Position numbers and translations under genes: made by a program. DNA of 36,830 nucleotides from an uncultured Oscillospiraceae bacterium (GTDB taxonomy: Bacteria; Bacillota; Clostridia; UBA1381; UBA9506): contig CAZCOF010000002.1 of NCBI GenBank assembly GCA_964500095.1, forward strand, positions 1-36,830, given 5' to 3'. This document shows positions 1 through 7,088 of this stretch, one piece after another (within the stretch, counting starts at the first letter, position 1; every line of letters starts with the position of its first letter). Under the pieces are notes generated by a model. That model saw nothing but the letters and a program-made list of their open reading frames with translations. It made no database searches and had not been told where the DNA came from.

Positions 1-995
1 TGCCGTTTATAATGGCATTGGGTGCAGGCTTGGCATCTGCAAAAAAAGGAAAACACGCCGGAGAAAACAGCTTCGGTTTAGTTGCACTTTGCAGTATAGG
101 ACCGATTTTATCAGTGCTTTTATTGAGTATCTTTTACAAGCCGCATCCGGCGACGAGTGTTTATGAAATCACAGATATATTTACTACAACACAAGCTTTT
201 CGTCAGTTTACGCACGCGTTGCCTGTTTATGCAAAAGAGGTAGCACTTGCTTTTGTTCCTATTGTTTTGGTATTTATTATTTTTCAGATTGTTGCAAGAA
301 AATTTCACATACATAATGTGATTAAAATGTCTGTCGGTTTTGTATACACATATATTGGTCTTGTACTGTTTTTAACAGGTGCTAATGTCGGTTTTATGCC
401 TGCAGGAAGACTAATAGGTGCAAAAATCGCAGGCGGTACTTTTAAAAATATGCTTATACCGATAGGAATGGTTATGGGTTATTTTGTAGTTTCGGCAGAA
501 CCGGCAGTTCACTCTTTAAAAAGACAGGTTAGCGAAATAACAAACGGTGCTATTTCGCAAAAATCGGTTGCTGTTGCTCTTTCTGTCGGTGTTTCTCTTT
601 CTGTAGGCATTTCGATGATAAGAGTTTTAACAGGAGTACCCGTAATACCATTTTTGATATTCGGGTACGCAATATCGCTCATTATAAGCTTTTTTGTGCC
701 GAATATTTATACAGGTATAGCATTTGACTCGGGTGGTGTTGCAAGCGGTCCTATGACATCAACATTTATGCTTCCGTTTGCAATGGGAGCTTGCGAAGCC
801 GTTGGCGGCAATATTATGACCGACGCATTCGGAATCGTGGCTATGATAGCTATGACACCGCTTATCACCATACAGACATTAGGATTATTTGAGCGAAGAA
901 GACGTGCAAAAATGCTTAAAAAATTCCATTCAGAAATCAGTATGGTTGAAAATGATATTATATTCTTTGATGAGGAGGAAGAAACGTATGAGTAA
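1..995 (+). CDS. DUF1538-family multi-pass membrane protein, 5'-truncated by window edge
   Basis: Frame is open from the window start (PFIMALGAG...). Many TM segments and DUF1538 motifs 'NSFGLVALCSIGPI', 'AEPAV', 'IAFDSGGVASGPMT', 'DAFGIVAMIAMTP'; adjacent to a P-II-like gene as is typical. Confidence 0.85.
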   Translation, partial: PFIMALGAGLASAKKGKHAGENSFGLVALCSIGPILSVLLLSIFYKPHPATSVYEITDIFTTTQAFRQFTHALPVYAKEVALAFVPIVLVFIIFQIVARKFHIHNVIKMSVGFVYTYIGLVLFLTGANVGFMPAGRLIGAKIAGGTFKNMLIPIGMVMGYFVVSAEPAVHSLKRQVSEITNGAISQKSVAVALSVGVSLSVGISMIRVLTGVPVIPFLIFGYAISLIISFFVPNIYTGIAFDSGGVASGPMTSTFMLPFAMGACEAVGGNIMTDAFGIVAMIAMTPLITIQTLGLFERRRRAKMLKKFHSEISMVENDIIFFDEEEETYE

Positions 996-1656
996 AAGGC
1001 CGATGCTTCTTTTGTCGATAGTAGAACGCGACAAAGGAAAAAAACTTATCAAAGAATTAGAAGATATAAATGTGAACATAAATTTTCAAACTGTCGGCTT
1101 CGGTACAGCACCGACAGAAATGATGGATATATTCGGACTCGGAACAAACGACAAAGATATTATCATAAGTCTTGGCATAGAAAGTACTGTTAAAAATATG
1201 ATGGCAAACTTCGGAACGATATTTGAAAGCCATGCAAAATACGGCGGACTTATGATAGTTTTAAAAGTTGCTGCTGCAAGCAGAATTTTGGTAGAAATGT
1301 TAGATTTTAATAGCGATAATAACACGGAAAAAGGAGATGGAGCAATGAAAAACGAGCATCACAACAATTTAATCGTTATATCTGTAAACGAAGGATATTC
1401 TGATGATGTAATGCAGATTGCAAGAAAAGCAGGTGCAACCGGCGGGACAGTTATCAAAGGAAGACTTGCAGAGTTTGAACAGCTTGCAGAAATCAGAAAA
1501 ACCGATATAGACGGCGAACGTGAAATGCTTTTAATTCTTGCACCGCTTAATACAAGTAAACAGATTATGGATGATGTAAATAAACAATTTGGGTTAACTT
1601 CTGCAGCGAATGGAGTAGTGTTTGCACTTCCTACAGAGAAAGCGTATAAGATATAA
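988..1656 (+). CDS. Tandem two-domain P-II-like (GlnB-like) regulator
   Basis: GAGGAGG RBS upstream of ATG 988, overlapping the DUF1538 stop. Two GlnB-like halves: 'LLLSIVERDKG...GFGTA...DKDII' and 'LIVISVNEGYSDDVMQIARKAGATGGTVIKGR...GVVFALP'. Confidence 0.8.
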   Translation: MSKRPMLLLSIVERDKGKKLIKELEDINVNINFQTVGFGTAPTEMMDIFGLGTNDKDIIISLGIESTVKNMMANFGTIFESHAKYGGLMIVLKVAAASRILVEMLDFNSDNNTEKGDGAMKNEHHNNLIVISVNEGYSDDVMQIARKAGATGGTVIKGRLAEFEQLAEIRKTDIDGEREMLLILAPLNTSKQIMDDVNKQFGLTSAANGVVFALPTEKAYKI

Positions 1657-1667
1657 AGGAGATTTTG

Positions 1668-2381
1668 ATGAAAAAAATCTTGAGCAGACTGCGTTGTGCA
1701 GTAGATAACTACAATATGATAGAAGAAAACGATAAAATCGCAGTGGGTGTTTCAGGCGGCAAGGATTCATTAGTCGCACTGCTTGCAATGAAAACACTTC
1801 AAAGATTTTACCCAAAAAAGTTTCATTTAGAGGCAATAACGATAGATTTAGGGTTTCCTGATATGGACTATTCGGCGATTTCGGATTTATGTAAAGAACA
1901 CAATATCCCGTACACAGTAGAAAAAACCGATATAAAACAGATAGTATTTGACATAAGAAAGGAAGAAAATCCCTGCTCATTATGTGCTAAAATGCGTCGC
2001 GGAGCTATGTGTGCAGCAGTGAAAGAGCGAAATCTTGATAAAATCGTTTACGGACACCACTTTGATGATGTTTTAAACACGTATTTTTTAAGTCTTATAT
2101 ATGAAGGCAGAATGAATACATTTTCTCCCGTTACATACTTAGAAAGAATGGAAGTTACGGTCCTGCGCCCTTTTATTTATGTAGAAGAAGCCGAGATAAG
2201 AAGGTATGCAGAAAAAATGAGTTTACCTGTTGTAAAAAACTCCTGCCCTGCTGACAAAAATACAAAAAGACAGTATGCTCACGATTTAGTATGGAAATTA
2301 GAGCGGGAAAATCACGGCTTCAGAAACCGTTTATTTACAGCAATTCAAAGTTCAGATATTCCAGGTTGGAAAAAAGATTAG
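1668..2381 (+). CDS. ttcA: TtcA-family PP-loop tRNA thiolation protein (2-thiocytidine biosynthesis)
   Basis: PP-loop 'VGVSGGKDS', 'NPCSLCAKMRRG', 'GHHFDD', 'LRPF', C-terminal 'SCP'; AAGGAG RBS. Confidence 0.85.
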   Translation: MKKILSRLRCAVDNYNMIEENDKIAVGVSGGKDSLVALLAMKTLQRFYPKKFHLEAITIDLGFPDMDYSAISDLCKEHNIPYTVEKTDIKQIVFDIRKEENPCSLCAKMRRGAMCAAVKERNLDKIVYGHHFDDVLNTYFLSLIYEGRMNTFSPVTYLERMEVTVLRPFIYVEEAEIRRYAEKMSLPVVKNSCPADKNTKRQYAHDLVWKLERENHGFRNRLFTAIQSSDIPGWKKD

Positions 2382-2386
2382 AAGAT

Positions 2387-2433
2387 AAAAAGGCTGTAGC
2401 AAAATGATTTAATTTTGCTACAGCTTATTTTTT
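2387..2433. terminator. Bidirectional intrinsic terminator between convergent ttcA and araC
   Basis: Stem GCTGTAGCAAAAT / ATTTTGCTACAGC flanked by an A-run on the left and a T-run on the right. Confidence 0.85.
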
Positions 2434-3188
2434 TATCCTTTTTTGGACTTGTTCTTTGATTCTATCGGCGAAAAACCATAGTATTTTTTATATGCCTTTG
2501 AAAAGACGATATAGTCGTTATATCCCGTCATGTGGGCACTTTCAGCGACGTTATACCCCTCTTCTAAAAGTCTTTTTGCTTCGGTCAGACGGGTATGAGT
2601 CAAATATTCCTGAATGGTCATATTCGTTTTGCTTTTAAATATTCGAGCCAAGTATTTTCGGTCTAAACTGAGCAAATTCGAAATGTCAGATATCTTAATA
2701 TTGTGCATATAATTCGTGTTAATATAGTTAATTACTCTGTCAGCATAATTGATTTTTTTGTTTCCGTTAAAGATGTCACAGTACAGTTTAAAACAAACTC
2801 CGGTAAGGTATTCTTGGGCAAGATTGACATATTTTTCCGCATTTAACATTTCAAGGAATATGCTTGCATCAGGTTCGAATACGTCACTGCACAAATCGAA
2901 TTTTTCGGCTAATTTGCCGCTTAAACCTATCCAGATATATTCCCAAGGGGTCTCTACATCGGCGTAATATGTGCAAACTTCACCCGGTCTTATCAAAAAT
3001 GCCTGACCTTTTTCCAAATTATAAGTAGCTTTTGGATTTTCAAATGTTCCGGTGCCGTCTACAATGTAGTGAATGAGATAATATCTTCTTATGTAAGGAC
3101 CAAAAAAGTGCTTAGGCAAGCATTTTTCATACCCAAATTCGACAGGATAAATTTGAGCTAAATTTCTGTTCTCTAACAAAATTTTCAT
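2433..3188 (-). CDS. AraC-family transcriptional regulator (cupin sensor + double HTH, MsmR-like)
   Basis: 'GYEKCLPKHFFGPYIRRYYLIHYIVDGTG', 'PWEYIWIG', HTH 'RKYLARIFK...EAKRLL...VAESAHMTGYND...FSKAYKKYYGFSP'. Start set at MKILLEN (3188) after a GGAAAGGGGG RBS. Confidence 0.92.
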   Translation of the reverse strand: MKILLENRNLAQIYPVEFGYEKCLPKHFFGPYIRRYYLIHYIVDGTGTFENPKATYNLEKGQAFLIRPGEVCTYYADVETPWEYIWIGLSGKLAEKFDLCSDVFEPDASIFLEMLNAEKYVNLAQEYLTGVCFKLYCDIFNGNKKINYADRVINYINTNYMHNIKISDISNLLSLDRKYLARIFKSKTNMTIQEYLTHTRLTEAKRLLEEGYNVAESAHMTGYNDYIVFSKAYKKYYGFSPIESKNKSKKG

Positions 3189-3212
3189 AATTATGGAAAT
3201 CCCCCTTTCCGA

Positions 3213-3278
3213 TAGTGACATTATAACATATTTTAGTGACATATTGCAATGGTTTTTTTAAGAATTTTTATATATAAT
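3213..3278. promoter_or_regulatory. Overlapping divergent promoters with 21-bp-spaced direct repeats (candidate AraC operator)
   Basis: TAGTGACAT at 3213-3221 and 3234-3242. Minus-strand TTGCAA(3249-3244)-18nt-TATAAT(3225-3220) with extended TG. Plus-strand TATAAT at 3273-3278 with a poor -35. Confidence 0.65.
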
Positions 3279-3440
3279 CAAAATAAGAGAATTAGGCTTA
3301 GGATAAATATGCCATTTAAGCCTTAAGAATTCTTAAACATTTAAAGAAATTGTTTTTGCTCCGGGGGGGAGGCAAAAATCGTTTCTTACAGATTTTGTTG
3401 TTATAACAAATCACGACAATTTAGAAAGGAGTATGTTAAT

Positions 3441-6400
3441 ATGCTCAAGAAAATCATTTCTATTATGTTGACGGTGTTGATGTTGCTTTCTTGTTCATTT
3501 ACAGCACTTGCGTGGACAGGATTAAGCGATGCATCAGACTCAAACATAGTACGTATTGGTGTTATCTCTGATACACACCAAAGAAAAGATACAGTATCAA
3601 CAGGACTGCAAACTGCGGTAAATGCGTATTACGCATTAGACTCAAGTCTTGACGGGTTCATTTTTGCAGGCGACATTATCTATATGGAAGATGAAGTAGA
3701 TGCAAGCTTGTATGATACCCTTTTGGCAACAGAAGTTGGTACTGAAGACGACAAAACAACAATTGAAGCATTGCTTGCAGGTGGTAAAATCGCTTATGCA
3801 ATGGGTAACCACGAAACACCGCTGAATTCAGACTCAACAGTTATAGGAGAGTGTGTGACTGCTTTTGAAAAAACAGGTCAGACAACAAACTCTGTTAAAA
3901 ATTTCGGAGGTTATAAAGTTATCTCTATATCTCCTAATGACTATAACGGTAATTTCACAGATGATACAGCAAATTACTTAAAAGCACAGGTTGATGATGC
4001 ATTAGCTCAGACTACAGGTCCTGTATTTGTAAACGTTCACTTTGGTTTTCACGACACAGTTCTGGACACAGAAACCTACGGCTTTAATTGTGCTAAATTC
4101 TCAGACGCAGGATTAGCTATCGTTGAAGAAATAAAGGCAAACCCGAGAGTAATTGTAGTTTCAGGACATACACACGAATCAATCTATGACCCGAGAACAA
4201 TTTATCAGCAAGCGGGCGGCTTTACAGCTGTGGAAAACGCAGTGATTTCAGGCGGCTCACAATCTTATTCACAAGGCTTGTTATTAGAAATCAACAAGAC
4301 AACAAACGTTGTTACAGTAAGAAGACTTGACTTTAAGTCAGGAACATATATCGGCGAGCCTTGGGTAGTAAATACCGACGGCACAAATCAGCTCTATACA
4401 GACGCGGTACGTGAAGCTCAGGCTTCCGCTCCTGCTTTTTCTGCGGGTGCTGCCGTTACAGTTGTGCCTTATGAAACTACAGCTATGCTTACAGTTACAG
4501 CTGCTACAAAGTTTGCAGCTTCTGAAACTGACTTTGCTCGTTCGTATAAGGTAACATATACAAATACAGCAACAGGCGTAGCAGCAACAAAAACATTCAC
4601 ATCTGATTTTTATAATGCAACACAGGCAGATACATTGGATTTTAAGCTTGATGGCTTAGAATCGGGTACAGAGTACAGCGTTAGCGTGGTTGCCGTATCT
4701 CCTTATGGAATCGAGTCTCTGACCTCAGTTTCAACAACATTCGAAACAGAAGAACTTGAATTTACAAGCATAACACTTGAAAATGTTGTGACTAAGGATG
4801 TAAGTGCAAGAAGTAACACAAATATTGCATCAGGTTCTGTATATGGCACTACCTGTGGTATTGCCGGTTCAAACTGGGTTGAATTCCAGTTTGATATTGA
4901 AACTTCCGACTATTACAGAATCAGCACACAGTTAGGTGCAGGCTCTGTATGTACAGCAAAGGTACTTGTAGATGGTGTAGAAAAAGCTTCACGAACCATT
5001 TCACAGGGCTCTTGGAATGACTATGATCAGGAAATGGTATGGGCAGATGTATGGTTAGAAGCAGGTACACATACTATGAGATTCCAGCGTATAAGCGGTG
5101 ACTCAAGCATCAGATTCTACACTATGTCAGTAGGTAAGATTCCGGATGATAAGATTGACCCTGTAAAACTGGGATATTCAGTTCAGGAAACTATCTCAGA
5201 CGCATTAGAATACAATCCGTTTTACTGGAAGACAGAGTACGCTTTAACTGAAGATACAGAAATCGATGAGAGCAAAACCTACTACACATTGTCTGAAGGC
5301 ACATATACAGCTGTAGCTGAACCCGTTGCAGATGATATTGCTGCTTATTATGAAAAAACAAAAACTCAGGGTAACGGACACAACCAGAACCACGGCACGT
5401 ATGTTGTTGTTATGTCAAATAATAGTTATAACACCACATTTAAGATTACACCTGAATTTTCAGGCGTGTATGATTTGTCGTTGAAGGCAAACTTGTATCC
5501 TGATTCTACCTACACAGTTGACGCTACTGTCACCGTTACAGAAACAAGATCACTTGCTTACAACAGTTCCGGTACTACAGTAACAAAAGATAGTACACAT
5601 ACCGTAGGAACATTTACCAAAACAATTGCTAACCCGCAAGTATCAGGGAGAAGAAGCTTTGGTGCTGTGCCGCTTGAGGCAGGCAAAGAGTATAGCATAG
5701 TGGTTGATAATGCATCAAGCAGCGGTTACTTGCTATTAACAGATGCAAGTCTTACCTGCATCAGCTTTGATGCAAGTAGTCATAATTTAGTAACAACGAC
5801 TTATGCAGGCGAAACAACAGCTTCTGCTGTGGCACAGACAAACAAATACGGCACAGGTGCTCAAGACGCTACCTACGGTTGGTCAACACAAAACCAGTAT
5901 ATGCAATTTGATGTTTTTGTTCCTGCAGATGCTAAGTATGATATTTACCTAAAGGGCGGTTCAGGCAGCGACCATCAGGTACACTACACAATTCAGGGAC
6001 AGTCATTTATAGCACCATTTACAAACACCACCATCTATGCTGAAGACGGAACAACAGTTTCCACAAAAGGCTTTGATAATAATAAAATAGAAAAGCTGAT
6101 GACAGCAGGTGTAAACTTGAAAAAAGGCTACTATACTGTATATCTTGATACAGTAGGCTCAACCGGTGGTTTAAATATAAGAGAGTTTACATTAAAGTCA
6201 GTAGGTGAATACAGCTCTGACAATACTGTTTTAGAGTATTCAGATTGTGATGCAAGATCTACACAGAGAGCTGATCAGGTAGCAGCTTGGTTTACTGCCG
6301 CAAATCACTATGTAGAGTGGACTGACAGATATTTCACTGCAGGAGCATACGAGATTTGGATAAACTATGGAACATATGATCATTCGAGCTCTGTAGCTAC

Positions 6401-6965
6401 TTTAACTGTAGACGGAAGACAGGTTGCTGCGACTTCGCTTACACAAAACAACAAGTACGGAACGACAGATAACAGTACAGCGAGTAGCGGAACGCCTATT
6501 GATTTGGATACTGCTTTTAAAGGTTACATCGCTACAATAAGGCTTGATGAAGGCTATCATACGATAAAATTCAGCAATCCGACGGTATCGACCACAAAGT
6601 ATTATATTTTAGATAAAGTCAAGTTCGTACCGATTACAGAACCTATGGCAGAACTCTTCAATGCTGAAACCATTAATCTTGATGCTGCAGCAACAGAGAT
6701 CGCAGACGGCGCAATGACATTGCGTGCAAATCTTCCCAAAACAGATTTAGGCAAAACAATGAATGTGATTTTTGCAATTTATGAAACATCAACAGTTGAA
6801 GGTTCACTTCCTGAATTGTACAAATGTGCAATCAAGGAAGTAACAATCGACGACAACTACAGAGCAATACTCACAATTCCCAACATCAGTTTGGATGAAA
6901 ACAAAACATATTCATACAAAGTATTCTATTGGGATACTTTAGATAACGTAAAACCGTTATACTAA
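3441..6965 (+). CDS. Secreted modular calcineurin-like metallophosphoesterase + FN3 + four CBM6/CBM35-like modules + C-terminal beta domain
   Basis: Signal peptide (MLKKIISI...ALA|W). Complete metallophosphoesterase motif set SDTH, GDII, GNHE, H, GHTH. FN3-like 'LDGLESGTEYSVSVVAVSPYG'. Four jelly-roll repeats of type 'WVEF.F.....GxY.I...........LxAGxHT(I/M)'. Confidence 0.85.
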   Translation: MLKKIISIMLTVLMLLSCSFTALAWTGLSDASDSNIVRIGVISDTHQRKDTVSTGLQTAVNAYYALDSSLDGFIFAGDIIYMEDEVDASLYDTLLATEVGTEDDKTTIEALLAGGKIAYAMGNHETPLNSDSTVIGECVTAFEKTGQTTNSVKNFGGYKVISISPNDYNGNFTDDTANYLKAQVDDALAQTTGPVFVNVHFGFHDTVLDTETYGFNCAKFSDAGLAIVEEIKANPRVIVVSGHTHESIYDPRTIYQQAGGFTAVENAVISGGSQSYSQGLLLEINKTTNVVTVRRLDFKSGTYIGEPWVVNTDGTNQLYTDAVREAQASAPAFSAGAAVTVVPYETTAMLTVTAATKFAASETDFARSYKVTYTNTATGVAATKTFTSDFYNATQADTLDFKLDGLESGTEYSVSVVAVSPYGIESLTSVSTTFETEELEFTSITLENVVTKDVSARSNTNIASGSVYGTTCGIAGSNWVEFQFDIETSDYYRISTQLGAGSVCTAKVLVDGVEKASRTISQGSWNDYDQEMVWADVWLEAGTHTMRFQRISGDSSIRFYTMSVGKIPDDKIDPVKLGYSVQETISDALEYNPFYWKTEYALTEDTEIDESKTYYTLSEGTYTAVAEPVADDIAAYYEKTKTQGNGHNQNHGTYVVVMSNNSYNTTFKITPEFSGVYDLSLKANLYPDSTYTVDATVTVTETRSLAYNSSGTTVTKDSTHTVGTFTKTIANPQVSGRRSFGAVPLEAGKEYSIVVDNASSSGYLLLTDASLTCISFDASSHNLVTTTYAGETTASAVAQTNKYGTGAQDATYGWSTQNQYMQFDVFVPADAKYDIYLKGGSGSDHQVHYTIQGQSFIAPFTNTTIYAEDGTTVSTKGFDNNKIEKLMTAGVNLKKGYYTVYLDTVGSTGGLNIREFTLKSVGEYSSDNTVLEYSDCDARSTQRADQVAAWFTAANHYVEWTDRYFTAGAYEIWINYGTYDHSSSVATLTVDGRQVAATSLTQNNKYGTTDNSTASSGTPIDLDTAFKGYIATIRLDEGYHTIKFSNPTVSTTKYYILDKVKFVPITEPMAELFNAETINLDAAATEIADGAMTLRANLPKTDLGKTMNVIFAIYETSTVEGSLPELYKCAIKEVTIDDNYRAILTIPNISLDENKTYSYKVFYWDTLDNVKPLY

Positions 6966-6972
6966 AAAACTC

Positions 6973-7014
6973 ACAGCTTGGGCGGAAAAGCTTCGGCTTT
7001 TCCGTTCAGGTTGT
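6973..7014 (+). promoter_or_regulatory. 19-bp stem-loop with C(UUCG)G tetraloop, no U-tract (mRNA stabiliser/processing site or weak terminator)
   Basis: ACAGCTTGGGCGGAAAAGC-TTCG-GCTTTTCCGTTCAGGTTGT pairs fully with 4 G-U wobbles on the + strand; followed by AAAATT. Confidence 0.75.
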
Positions 7015-7088
7015 AAAATTAATTTTGAAAACAACACCCTTTGGGTGTGATATATATAATTTTTACTATAAAAACGGAGGGCTTAAAA

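Noticed and set aside
889..987. Longer N-terminus of the P-II-like ORF; likewise upstream starts at 3242, 7041, 24945, 28836, 29298 and 34314
   Set aside because: These overlap upstream genes, promoters or terminators; strong RBSs and family N-termini support the downstream starts.
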